Below are positions 12,470 through 25,208 of a DNA stretch of 64,000 bases, one piece after another. The position numbers were made by a program, and so were the translations under genes. This DNA comes from Mobula hypostoma (Eukaryota). The notes beneath the pieces are model-generated. The model saw only the letters and a program-made list of their open reading frames with translations. It was not told the DNA's origin and made no database searches. The stretch covers positions 215,080,001 to 215,144,000 of the forward strand of contig NC_086097.1 of NCBI RefSeq assembly GCF_963921235.1. The letters are read 5' to 3'. Positions within the stretch are counted from its first letter, which is position 1; the number at the start of each line of letters is the position of its first letter.

Positions 12470-12860
12470 ATGATAAGGACTGATGGACTAAACTCCTGAT
12501 CATTGCTATTTGCCATCTTAGGTAACCAATATGCATTATAAGTTTCAGAAAATCTATACATCTATTTTCCACCTAAATACAAGAGTATCTCACGACACTA
12601 ACACTCCTAACACTTCATCTTAGTTTTGATTATACGTGTCGTATAACCAGTCAGATTGTTGGGTGTACTCTAGAGAGGAGCCTATACATTCAGAAGGTGG
12701 CTTGCCAATGCATTAACACCCTTGAATCATAGTGAGTTTCGTTCCAGGTTTTACTTTGATAATGAAACTAGAAGTGTAAAAGGTGAACGGGATTACATTG
12801 CCCAGAGGAGAAACTCTTATCAATGCAACTGTTTTGAGGGATAGTATCAACCTACCTACA
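12470..12860 (+). mobile_element. ERV env SU remnant
   Basis: NQSDCWVY at 12645-12668 (a decayed CWVC CxxC motif of gamma-type SU), directly downstream of the integrase end. Confidence 0.6.
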
Positions 12861-14594
12861 AAGCTCAAAGTAAATTTATTATCAAAGTCTATGTCACCAT
12901 ACACAACCCAGAGATTCACTTCTTGCTGGCGTACTCAATAAATCCGATAATCATAGTAGCATCAATAAAAGACTGCGCCAACATGGTGAACAACCAGTGT
13001 CCAAAAGACAACAAACTGCAAATACAAAAACAAAGAAAATAGAGAAATAAGCAATAAATAGCATTCATTTCAAGAGGACTAGAATATAAAAGCAAGGATG
13101 TAATGTTGAGACTTTATAAAGCACTGGTGAGGCCTCACTTGGAGTATTGTGAGCAGGTTTGGGTGCTTTATCTTAGAAAGGATGTGCTGACACTGGACAG
13201 GGTTCAAAGGAGGTTCATGAAAATGATTCCAGGATTGAATGTGTTGTCATATGACAAGTGTTTGATGGCTCTGGGCCTGTATTCATTAGAATTCAGAAAA
13301 ATGAGTGCTGACCTCATTGAAACCTATCAAATGGTGAAAGGCCTTGATAGAGTGAATGTGGAGAGGATGTTTCCTATGCTGGGAGAGTCCAAAACCAGAG
13401 GACACAGTCTCAGAATAGAGGGGTGTCCTTTTAGAATGGAGATGAGGAGAGATTTCTTTAGTGGTGAATCTATGGAATTCTTTGCAACAGGCAGCTGATG
13501 AGGCCAAGTCTTTAAGGCAAAGGTTGATAGATTCTTGATTGGTCAGGGCATGAAGACAAGAAGGGAGAAGGCAGAATATTGGGGCTGAGAATAAAATCGG
13601 ACCAGCCATGATGAAATGGCGGAGCAGATGTGATGGGCCAAGTGGCCTAATTCTGCTCCTATATCTTATAGTCGTAAACATTGAGAATGTGAGATGAAAT
13701 GTCCTTGAAAGTGAGTTCATAGGTTGTGGGAACAGTTCGGTAATTGGGCAAGTGAAGTTGTGTGAAGTTATCCCCTTTGTTTCAAAAGTTTAAGGTTGAG
13801 GGGTAATAACTGTTCCTGGACCTGGTGGTGGAAGTCCCTGATGGTGGATGCTGCATTTTTGTGCAATGCTCCATGTAGATGTGCGCAATAGTGGGGAGAG
13901 CTTTACCCATGATGGACTGGGCAGTATCCACTACCTTTTGTAGGATTTTCCATTCAAGGGCATTGCTGTTTCCATACCAGGCTATGATGCAGCCAGTCAA
14001 TATACCCTACACCACACATCCATAGATGCTTGTCAAGGTTTTAGATGTCATGCCAAATCTTCAGAAACTCCGAAGAAAGAAAAGGTGCTGCCGTGCTTTC
14101 TTCATGGTTGCACTTGTATGCTGGGCCCAGGACAGGTTCTTGGAAATGACAACATCGAGGAATGTAAACTTGTTGACCCTCTCCATCTCTGATCCTCCAA
14201 TGAAGACTGGTTCACAGAATCCCAGTTTCTTCCTCCTGATGTAAATAATCAGCTCCTTTGTCTTGCTGACTTTGAGTAAAAGATTGCTGTTGTGGCACCA
14301 CTCAGCCATATTTTCCATCAAGCTCCTATATGCTGATTCATCACCGCCCTTGATTTGGCATACAACAGTGGTGTTGTCAGCAAATTTAAATATGGCATTG
14401 GAACTGAGCTTAGCCACACAGTCATAAATGTACAGTGAGGAGAGCAGGGGACTCAGCACACAGCCTTGTGGCGCACCTGTGTTGGTGGAGATTATGGAGG
14501 AGGTGTTGCCAATCTGAACTGACTGTGGTCTGCAAGTGAGTAAATTGAGATTCCAATTGCATAAGGAGTTATTGATGCCAAGGTCTTGAAGCTT
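12861..14594 (-). mobile_element. Rex1/Babar LINE interrupting the ERV env (itself interrupted by a CR1)
   Basis: ORFs 14061-14459 (LSPLL.SLY.YDC...[10 protein letters not shown]...SKTKELII) and 13782-14000; 3' UTR toward 12861. Confidence 0.85.
13061..13670 (+). mobile_element. CR1 LINE 3' fragment nested in Rex element
   Basis: ORF 13103-13498 (LRLYKALVRPHLEYC...LYSLEFR) plus CR1 3' UTR. Confidence 0.9.
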
Positions 14595-14699
14595 GCAATC
14601 CGTAATGTGGCCCCTCGAAATTGAATAGCACTAGACTTGTTGTCTAAGAGAGGTGGTACTGGTGCCATTATTAGGCAGGAGTGTTGCACATATGGCCCC
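14595..14699 (+). mobile_element. ERV env TM remnant (immunosuppressive domain and CX6CC)
   Basis: Translates [34 protein letters not shown], matching the gamma-type consensus IRxxxLQNRxALDxLLAxxGGTCAxIGxECCTYIP. Confidence 0.8.
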
Positions 14700-15084
14700 T
14701 GTTGAAACTGTCATGGAGTTTCAGAGACTCTGCGCTATGGAAATTCAGTAAGATTTATGTTGTCCTCTGCAGGACAAGAAGAAGGGTACGTGGAGGTTGT
14801 GTTAAGGCAAGGGTTAAAGACAAAGTCCAGGCTAGAACAGTCTAGGACAGTCGTAGTCAAGCAAGACCACCAGAGACACCTCTGCTTACTACAGATGAGA
14901 TATGCAGCTGTGACTGCTACAGTGAGTACTCAAGCCAAACGAGTGGGGGGCCTCTGTGGTGAGACTTTTCTAAAAGGGTCTTCCTAAAACACAGCATCAC
15001 TTTACACAATAGGGCGTACCAGAGACAGGCGAGATAGGGAAGGAGGTGAAACACACACAACAACTAAAGGACACTATTGAACAT

Positions 15085-16200
15085 CAATGGTAAGTGATTG
15101 TCCCTCGCTTGTTGGAAGTAGTCATTGCCTGGCACTTCTGTGACATGAATGTTATTTGTACTTATCAGCCCATGCTGAGCATTGTATGGATCTTTGTATG
15201 AAATATTGCATGGGCAGCTTCATTTTATGAGAATTTGTGAATGGAATAGAACATTGTCTAATCATCAGTAATCATGCCCAGTTCTGACCTTATCATAGAA
15301 AAAAGTCATTGGTGAAACAACTGTAAGTGATTGGGTTTAGCACCATTGCATTTGGTAATTCTTGCGGAGATGTCCTTTGATTGAAATGTTTGACCTCTGA
15401 AAAGTTAGCCATCTTCATTTGTGTGAGATATAAGTCCAGTCACTGGAGTGATCGCTCTTTGATGTTCATCCACGTCAGTTTAATGAGGGCCCTTTGATGA
15501 CACACTTGGTCAAACGTTGTCTTGATATCGATGGCATTCACTCTCATCTTCCCTCTGAACTTCATCTCCATGGTGTATATCTGAAACAGAACAGTGATGA
15601 GGCCTGAAGGCAAGTGGCCATGGATGAATCCAAACCAGGCTTTGGTAAGCAAGTTAATAGTGACTAAATGCTGCTTTATTGCACTCTCAGTCACCCCTCC
15701 CATCACTTTGCTGTTGAGCAGTAATTAGGCTAATTGTCTGGGTTTTGTATTTCCATACTGTCGGGTAGATGCTAGTGTTGTAGCTGTACTGCAACAGCTA
15801 GGCAAGAGCAACAGCTCGCTCTCAAGCACAGGTTTTCAGCACTACAATTGTGACCTTGTGTGGTTGCTTCGTTTTTGCTGTCAGCCATGTCTGAATATTA
15901 CAGGGAGTAAACCAATTGTCTAAAGATTAGCCTCAGCAATAGCGCGGATCTCAAGTGGAAGCAAGACAGATACGGTAATTCATTCAGTACTTCTGACAAA
16001 TATTGTTGTGGATGCCCCAGCCTTGTCCTTAGCATACACATGCTGAGTCTTGCTATTGTTAAGGAGCACGATGTTGATGGACCCTCTTTCTCCCATGAAG
16101 TGATTAATTGTTCGCTACTAGGTATGGAAAGACTGCAGGTTCATTAATATTCTTTGCGATCTTCACACCAGTCTATTGCATTGTGCTTTTCCTGGTTGCA
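15085..16200 (-). mobile_element. Old CR1/L2-group LINE remnant
   Basis: ORF 15440-15706 with FGF...DIKTTFDQVCHQRALIKL; heavily decayed, boundaries uncertain. Confidence 0.6.
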
Positions 16201-16254
16201 TCTTATTGCATCACATGTTGATGTCTCCTGAAACACTTGCATAACCATTAACCA

Positions 16255-16850
16255 TTGTCTGGAACTCGGAAAGAAACCGACTCTTGGAGAAAGTGGACAT
16301 GTTGGAAAATTTCAGTAGACGTAATAATATTAAAATTGTTGGTCTTACAGAAGGTATGGAAGGAGAAAAGCCAATAGAATTTTTTCAAAGATGGATCCCG
16401 GAGGTTTTGCAAATGGGAGAGGAGGTTCGACCAATTGAAATTGAGCGGGCACATAGAGCTTTAAGACCAAAACCAAAAGATGACCAATATCCACGATCGA
16501 TTTTAATAAAATTCTTAAGATTTCAAGACAAGGAAAGGATTCTACAGGCAGCTGTTCGAGCTGCCAAAGATAGAAAAGGGCCATTGATAATTAAAGGGAA
16601 AAGAGTTTTTTTCTACCCTGATATAAGTTACGAACTTTTGAAGAAAAGGAAGAAGTTTAATCCAGTGGAAAAAACCCTATGGGAGCATGGTTATCAATTT
16701 ATACTGCGTTATCCTGCAACTTTGAAGATTTTTTTGTCTGGTGGAGAAAAAAGATTTTTTGATGACTACCAGAAAGCAGAGCAGTTTGTGCAAGATTCTC
16801 TGAATATTCATCAGATACAAGAACAAACTCAGGCGAGAGAGATAGATTGA
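16255..16850 (+). mobile_element. L1-clade ORF1p fragment (RRM and C-terminal domain), open for 188 codons
   Basis: LENFSRRNNIKIVGLTEG...EIERAHRAL..KP...PRSILIKFLRFQDKERIL...FFYPDIS...RKKF...RYPATL are diagnostic L1 ORF1 motifs. Confidence 0.9.
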
Positions 16851-17539
16851 ACTGTGGAAATTTTTAACATACCTAACACTCCACCCTAATTTAATACATT
16901 TGCACTGATGCCTAATACATGAAGGCTCAACCTTTGAGCCTAATTGTAATAAATAACAAGCAGATAAATGCATGTGTTTACAAAATATCACTAGGATTTA
17001 TACCATATTAACCAGTTGTAATATCAGCAATAATCTTTTGCCGTGCTATTTTTCTGAACATAAAAGTTTGCATTACAAATTTGATTTTAACCATTTTTCT
17101 TTGAGCAACAATTCTGCTTGATTATCTTGAATCTCTGTCCCTGTCCACTCTTCATCACCATTCTGCAATTCACCACCTCCCCCCACCCGCCAGGTGGACT
17201 GTGGCTCGTTCACTGCCTATTCAACACAGTTCAGTCTCATCTTAGAATTGTTTTGATTCAAATATGTAAACCCACCAGGTATTAGCTATATCATCAATAA
17301 AGCAAAAACAAAACAAAATCATATGTTAGAAATTGCAAGAAAGGAAAAGCTGGAAATACTCAGTAAGTCAGGTAGTAGCTGTGGAGAGAGAATAAGAACA
17401 GAACTTATGCTAAGGCCAACTGGATCCCAATGTGACAAGTCATTGGTCTGAAAAGCCAACATTACAGGTCAATAAGTTTTCATTAGAACTATCAGCAGTG
17501 CTAAGAATGACGTGGATAACACATTTAGTGAGTTGTGCA

Positions 17540-20150
17540 CACCACAATTTAAGAATGAAGGGAAGATTGAGAGTGGGTGACCAAAAGGCAGAGGAGGTAG
17601 TGCAGGAGTCCCCTGCATCCTTCTCCCTCCAGGAGATGTCTCAGAGTGGCAGCAGGACATTCTAAAAAGGGAAAATGAACAACCAGTTGTCATGGGGCAT
17701 GTAGGTAACAAAGACATAGGGGGAAAAATGTGGGATGAGGTCCTACAAGTTGAAATTTGGGAGCAAGGAAACAAATTAAAACATGTGGCCTCCTAAGCTA
17801 TATTAACTCTTCTGTTATATTTATCTTACTGTACATACTATTTATTACAAATTACCACAATTTGCACATTGCACATTCAGACAGAGACATAACGTAAATA
17901 TTTTTACTCCTCATGTATGTGAAAGATGTAAGAAATAAAGTCAATTCAATTCAAGTATAATAATCTCAGGATTCTGCCTTTGACATGCTAGTCAGATTAG
18001 GAACAGCTGCATAGTTAGGATGAATATATGACTTGCGCACGATGTTAGATTCATAGGGCATTGAAAATGGTTCTAGGGAAGGTGGGACCAGCACTAACCA
18101 TTTGGTCTATACCTGGGCAGGATCAGGATCAATGTCTGAGGGGAATTGTTTCCTAGTGCTATTAGAGAGTGTTTGAACATATGGGAGGGGTCAGGAATGC
18201 ATGCAGAAAGGCAGGAAAACAATTGCAGAGACCAAAGCAGAAGTTAGAAAAGAGAAAAATAAGAGTGGAATACAGAAAATTCAAAAGCAAAGGACATAAA
18301 AAATTATTACGTTCTTAAAGGACAATGAGTGTAAGATCACTTTATCTAAATGCCCATAGTAGTTGAAACAAGTTAAATGAACTTCTACAGATCAGTCCAA
18401 AGGATATAATTTAGTGGCCATTACAGAAATGTCACTGCAGGGTAGAGAAGATCCGGAATTAAATATCCAATAGTATCAGGTAATACTGAAGGATAAGCAG
18501 GAAGGTAATGGAGGTTGGGCAGTGCTCGTTATTAAAGATGGGATCAGGACAATAGTGGAAGATGATATAAGATCGAAGGAGCACAATATTGAATTCATTT
18601 GGGTAGAGATTATGAACAGTAAAGGAAAAATATCACTGATGGAAGTTGTTTACTATATAGGTTGGCAAATAATAACCTTAAGTGGCACAAGGCAATAAAC
18701 CGAGGAATGCATGCAAAAATGGAACTGCATTGCACATAGATTGGGTGAATCAAGTTGGTTGAGGCATTCTTGAGGAGGACTTCATGGAATGCATCTGTGA
18801 TAGATTTCTTGAACCGTATTTTACTGACCCTACAAATGGAGGTTTACAGAGAGGTTCAGGAAGCAAGCTAGAAGATGGCTCTAGGGGCAACACAGGGCAA
18901 GTTCATTCAGCTCAGCCAGTCTGTGTGTCTGGTGTTCCCCACACCCGCCTTTACCTCTCCTTATCAGTGCTATCTTCTGCTGCTTTCCGCTCGTGTACTT
19001 CGTTAGGTTCTCCAGAGGGTATTTAACTATTTATGGTTTTATTACTATTTATTATTTATGGTGCAACTGTAATGAAAACCAATTTCCCCCGGGATCAAAA
19101 AAGTATGACTATGACTATGACTATAAATGCTATATTAGATCTGGTCCTGTGCAATGAGGTGTGAATAATTAACAATTTTATAGTCAGAGATCCTCTTGGA
19201 ATGAGTGATCACAGAATGGTTGAAATTGTCATATAAATGGAGAGTGCAGTAGTTCAATCTAAAACCATGTGCTATGCCTAAAAAGTGAGACTACAATGGA
19301 ATGAGAGGAAAGTTGGCTAGCGTAGATTGGTGTTCAATCCTGGCAATTTTGTGATCTAAAGGTTCTTTGGAAGTCAAGAATGAGGCATAAAACATGCAAA
19401 TGTTTCAAAATGGATGTAGTCAAAAGGCAGGTAAATAGGCCAGTTAGCTCAACATCTGCAATCAGGAAAATGCTTGAAGCTATCATTAAGGAAGAAATAG
19501 TGAGGTGCCTGGATAGAAGAGTTTCCATCATGGAGATGTAGCATGGGTTCAGGAAGGGCAGGCCCTGTTTGACAAACTTACTGTAGTTCTTTGAGAATGT
19601 AATGAGCACAGTGGATATAGGGAAATGGGTGAATTTCTGGAAAGTGATCTCTAAGGTGCTGCATAAAAGACTTACCCATAAGATACGTGGAACTGGGGGT
19701 AATGTTGTGGCTTGGATAGAAGATTGACAGAGAGCTGGGATAAATGGGTGTTACTGTAGCTGGCAATCAGGAGAGAGCAGAATGCTGCAGGAGTCAGTGC
19801 TCGGCCCACAACTGTTCATGATAAGCAGTAATGATTTGGAAGAAGGGACCAAATGTAGCATATCTAAGTTTGCTGATGACATGAAACTTAGTGTAAAAAC
19901 ATATTGTGCAGAGGACGTGGAGAGACTGCAGAGAGATACAGATAGGTAAACGTGTGGGAAAGGGTCTGGCTGAGAGAGTACAATGTTGGTAAATTTAAGG
20001 TCATCTATACGATGGAGAAAATGATCAGGTTATTATTTAAATAGTGAAAGATTACAGCATGTGCTGTGCAGAGGGATTTGGGGGTGATTTTGTATGTATT
20101 GCAAAAGGTTGGCTTGCAGGTGCAACAGATTATTGAAAAAGGAAATGGAG
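17540..20150 (+). mobile_element. Degenerate long CR1 LINE (ORF1 remnant, endonuclease, RT); continues at ~21500-21661 and ~23219-23600
   Basis: Decayed LYLNA, ESIWV-like, LDLVLCN, HGFRKGR.CLTNL, GPQLF and SKFADD motifs in order. Confidence 0.75.
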
Positions 20151-20151
20151 T

Positions 20152-21500
20152 AAGACCATAAGACACAGGAGCAGAATTAGGTCATTTGGCACGTCGAGTC
20201 TGCTCCACCATTCAATCATGGCTGATCCTTTTTTCCTCACCTCAGCGCCAGTTCTTGGCCATCTTCCTGTAATCTTTGATGCCGTGTCCAATCAAGAACC
20301 TATCAAGCTCTGCCTTAAATACACCCAACGTCCTGGCCTCCACAAATATCTGTGGCAACAAATTCCACAAATTCACCACATTCTGGCTAAAGAAATTTCT
20401 CTGCATATCTGTTTTAAATGGATGCCCCTCTATCCTGAGGCTGTACTCTCTTGTCCTAGACTCTCCTACCATGGGAAAATTCCTTTCCACATCTACTCTA
20501 TCTAGGCCTTTCAACATTTGAAATGTTTCAATGAGATCCCTCCCTCATCCTTCTAAATTCCAGCATGTTCAGACCCGGAGCTATCAAACGTTCCTCATAT
20601 GGTAACCCTTTCATTCCTGGAATCATCCTTGTGAACCTCCTCTGAACTTTCTCCAATGTCAGCACATCTTTTCATAGATAAGGAGCCCAAATTTGTCCAA
20701 AATACTCAGGGTAAGGTCTCACCAGTGCCTTTTATAGCCTCAGCATCACATCCCTGCTCTTGTATTCTAGACCTCTTGAACTGAATGCGAACATTGCATT
20801 TGACTTCCTCACCACCAACTCTACTCGTAAGTTAATTTTTAGGGTGTTCTGCACAAGGACTCCCAAGTCCCTTTGCATTCCAGATTTTTGGATTTTCTCC
20901 CCATTTATTTATTTCTACTACCAAAGTGCATGACCATGCATTTTCCAACATTGTATTTCATTTGCTACTTTCTTGCCCATTCTCCTTATCTATCTGTCTT
21001 TCTGCAGCCTACCTGTTTGCTCAACACTACCTGCCCCTCCACCAATCTTCGTATCTTCTGCAAAATTGGCAACAAAGCCATCTATTCCATCATCCAAATC
21101 ATGGATACCGCATGAAAAGCAGTCCCAACACCGACCCCTGCAGAACACCACTAGTCACAGACAAACAACCAGAAAAGGATCCTTTTATTCCCACTCACTA
21201 CCTCCTACCAATCAACCAATGCTCTAACTATGCCAGTAACTTTCCTGTAATACCATAGGCTCTTAACTTGGTAAACAGCCTTATGTGTGGCACCTTGTCA
21301 AAGGCCTTCCAAATATACAACATCCACGGCATTCCCTTTATCTATCCCATGTGTAATCTCCTGAAAACAGGTTCATCGGGCATAATTTTCTCTTAAGGAA
21401 ACCATGCTGACTTTGTCCTGTCTTGTCCTGTGTCACCAAATACGCCATAATCTCATCCCTAACAATTGACTCCAATATCTTCCCAACCATTGAGGTCAGG
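20152..21500 (-). mobile_element. CR1 LINE inserted in opposite orientation
   Basis: ORF 20242-20517 (LKGLDRVDVE...VVNLWNLLP) plus upstream RT motifs; tail at 20152. Confidence 0.85.
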
Positions 21501-21661
21501 TTTACTGATGGCTTTCATTGCTAGAGGGATTGAATTTAAGAGTAGTTACTCTGCAAGTGTCCAGGGTACTGCTGAGGCTATACCTGAGTACTGTGTGCTG
21601 CTTTTGGTCTCTTTGCTTGAGAAAAGGTATATTGGTTTTGGAGATAGTGCAGAGGAAGTCC

Positions 21662-23218
21662 TGTCATGGTCCGGTCCAGGAAATCTGCATTCCAGTTCAC
21701 GGTCCGGTCCATCATTCCTTATTCCAGGTTTTTTCCCTTGTTCTGTTGGGTGCTCTAATTGAAGCACCTGATTCTCATTTTGGGCTGGCTACATAAACAG
21801 CTCAAATGTTCAGCTTCATGGGCTGGACTGTCCCTTCCCCTCCTCCCCTCCCCCTCCTCCCCTCCCCCTCCTCCCCTCCCCCTCCTCCCCTCCCCATCCC
21901 CCCCTCCCCATTCCTCCCCCCTCCTCTCCCCTCCTCCCCTCCTCCCCTCCTCCCCTCCTCCCCTCCTCCCCTCCTCTCCCCCTCCTCCCCCTCCTCCCCC
22001 TCCTCTCCCCCTCCTCCCCCTCCTCCCCCTCCTCCCCCTCCTCCCCCTCCTCCTCCCCCCTCCTCCCCCTCCTCCCCCCTCCCTCCTCCCTCCCTCCTCC
22101 CTCCTCCTCCCCCTCCTCCCTCTTCTCCCCCCCTCCCCCCTCCCCCTCCCCTCTTCCCCCCCTTCCCCCCCTTCTCCCCCCCTCCCCCTCCCCCTCCCCT
22201 CTTCCTCCCCCTCCTCCCCCTCCCCCTCCTCCCCTCACCTCCTCCCCCTCCCCCACCCCCTCCTCCTCCCCCCTCCTCATTCCCTCCTCCTCCTCCCCTC
22301 CTCCTCTCCTCTCCTCCTCCTCCTTTTCCCCCTCCTCCTCCTCTCCTCCCCCCTCCTCCCCCTCCTCCTCCCTCCTCCTCCTCCCCCTTCCTCCTCCTCC
22401 CCCCTCCTCTTCCCCTCCTACTACCCCTCCTCCTCCTCCCCTCCTCCCCTCCTCCCCTCCCCCCTCCCCCTCTCCCCCTCCCCCTCAAGCCTCTGCCTGC
22501 GTCCTTGCCTGTATCACTGTCAAATTCTACTACCGGAACAAGACTGGAGCCTTGCTGTGTCTAGATAAGGAACTGTCTTTTGTTGTTTGGAACTATCTCT
22601 TTGTGTCCCTGCCTTTGCCAGGTAGGTCTGGCTGTTTGCTGTTATGTTGAGTTGGGAATTGTCTCTGTGTCCACGCCTTTGCTAAGTAGGTCTGGCTGTT
22701 TGCCGCTACCTTGAGTGGAGAACTGTATGAGTGCTGGCCCTATGTCCTGCTCCCTAGGAGGGGTCCTGACTCTGTGTAGAGCCCCGGCCCCAAGTCCTGT
22801 TCCAAAGGAGGGGCCCTGGCCCTATGGTCCATGTTCCAGTTCTGCCAAGACCAAGTCTCTGTGTTCCAGTTCTGCCAAGACCAAGTCAAAGCTTTGGGTT
22901 CTCATCTTGTCCATATGCCTCATCCTATGCAGGAGTTCTATGCCATGTCCTGTAGCCACGTCTTGTCCTTGCCTAGATCTGGAGTCTGAGCCCGAGTCAA
23001 GACCCAGGTTCTGGGTCCCTGTCCTGTCTCTGGCTTGGAGTCCTAGCCCAGGCTCCTAGTTTCTAGTTCCTTGTCCTGGTTCCGCTTTCCTAGCCTAGGA
23101 CCTGTATCCTAGTCTCGTCTAGGGCCTGTGTCAATGTCCAGCATCATTTCTTCCCCACTTCCCCTGCTTTGTCTGTGTCTTGCATTTGGGTCTGCTCCCA
23201 GTGCCCCACTTTATGACA
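21662..23218 (+). mobile_element. Solo LTR-like element inserted in a CR1
   Basis: TGTCAT...ATGACA inverted termini; TGCATTTGGGTC near the 3' end; internal tandem repeats; CR1 sequence (VQRK|FTRLIP) resumes on both sides. No clear TSD. Confidence 0.7.
21831..22486. repeat. ~650-bp polypyrimidine (CCT/CTCCCC) low-complexity tract
   Basis: Almost purely C/T on the plus strand, with no G and only a handful of A. Confidence 0.97.
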
Positions 23219-23669
23219 ATTTCACCAGGTTGATACCAGAGAGGAGGGGATTAGCATTATGAAAAGGATAGATAAGATATAGGCAGCAAAGTTGTCTCCA
23301 CTAGTAGATGGGATGAGAGCTTGGAGACATAGCTCCAAGATTTGGGGAGTATATTTTGGACAGAGATGAGGAGGAATTGCTTTTCCCGGGGATTAGTAGA
23401 ATTCTCTGCCCATGGATGCAGTACAGGTTACCTCATTAAATGTATTCAAGACACAGTTAGATAATTTTACACATTGTAGGGGAATTAATGACTGTGGGGA
23501 AAAGGCTGTTAGATGGAGATCAGTTTAGTTCTCATCTTATTGAGAGTCGGAATAGGCTCAAAGAGCAAATGGCCAACTCCTGCTCCTACTTGCGTTTTTC
23601 TGATATGTTAGAAGTTGAACATGATTTAATCACAGAGAAAGGAGGGCAATGATCTAAAGGGTTTATTGA

Positions 23670-24533
23670 ATGAATTTTATATTAAACACACAGCGCATAT
23701 TTTCCTCGCATGAATATAGTGATAAGTCAATTATCAGGGGAGGACAGAGGAGCTTGAAGTAAGTGTTGAACGAACTTCCAGTAGAAGTGGTAGAGGCAGG
23801 TTCGATATTATCATTTAAAGAAAAATTGGATAGGTATATGGACAGGAAAGGAATGGAGGGTTATGGGCTGAGTGCAGGTCGGTGGGACTAGGTGAGAGTA
23901 GCATTCGGCATGGACTAGAAGGGCAGAGATGGCCGGTTTCCGTGCTGTAATTGTTATATAGTTATATAAGTCAATAGCATCATAACATTTTAAGTAACGT
24001 TTGGATATTAAACACACAGCATATATTTTCCCCGTATGAACATATAAAATCATTGCAACACACCAATATCGCTGAATCAGTGGGAACCCTGGGCTTGTTT
24101 CCCTGCAACAAGACGGTGCCATCGAGGGGTGATGGGAGACAGCGATACTCGAAGGGGGTCCCTTATGTCCAGTCTATTCCGCAATTTAGTTTTCGTTGCA
24201 TTCATTGCAGAGATATGTTGGAAATGGAAGCAACATTTTCAGTGCTTTCGTGGCTATCTCAGGATATTTAGCCTTGACTTTGATCCAGAATGCCAGCAGA
24301 GATGTTATGTCAAACATACTTTTCAGCCCGCTGTCATTTGCAAGCTGGAGGAGTTGTTCTCCTTCCCGCGCTGACATGGATGATGTGTGCGTAATGATCT
24401 CGCATGCGTTCAAGCTCAACAGTGGCCATGACAGGGAATGAGGAAAGGTGCAGCTGACTCATATCGCCAAATCACATTGTTTCCTCGTGGCCCAGTAGCA
24501 TGTGTTTTGCGGCCCAGTGGTTGGGGACCGCTG
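23670..24533 (-). mobile_element. hAT-Charlie/Buster-family transposon remnant (transposase C-terminus and one TIR; embedded CR1 3' piece ~23740-23950)
   Basis: FWIKVKAKYPEIATKALKMLLPFPTYLC...KLRNRLDI...LVAGKQAQGSH on the minus strand; TIR GGTTGGGGACCGCTG ending at 24533. Confidence 0.85.
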
Positions 24534-25208
24534 CTCTACAGCACTCTGGTCCATTTCTCATTCACTCCCAGTAAGTTCTTCCCCTTCCTATGATCCCATT
24601 TGCACATATGTGGAGAAGATCTCAACACTTATTTAATAAAAAAATTTACACTCTCATTTGGCTAGGTTGAGGAACATGATTTCTAATGAAGCAGCGACTT
24701 GTAATGCATTGTTCACAATGCAGTCTTCTCTGCACAATGTAGATCAAAGACCAATACAGAAACTGCATCTGTGCAGCATTTCCAATCAGTTATGAAGAAA
24801 AGCTTCAGAACCAGAAATAGAAAATGTTGGAAACATTCAGCAGGTCTGACAGCATCTTTGGGAAGAGGAACTGTTAACATTTCAACTCCATGGCTTTTCA
24901 GCAGAACAGGTTTCAAACTGGAAATCAAACTTTTGGTTCGCTGTCAGGTTAATTCAGCAGCCCACAGTTTTGAATACTAGATTTGCCAAAATTGTACTAA
25001 ATACACTGTAAAATGCTTAAAAATGTAAGTACTAACTTCCATTATTGCTTGCCCTCTGTTCAGAAGACAATCAATCCGAGATTTAAACACTTAAACTAGA
25101 CCGAACATTCAAGAAAGAGTGCTACACTTTTGGAGATGGTGAATGAGGGTTAGTGTGTCTGCTCAGGTGGATGTTAAAGTTCAACCCTGTGGTAACAGTT
25201 GAAATATA

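Noticed and set aside
21759..22568. Proline-rich and Gly/Glu/Arg-rich ORFs
   Set aside because: Translations of a C/T simple-repeat tract; no coding evidence.
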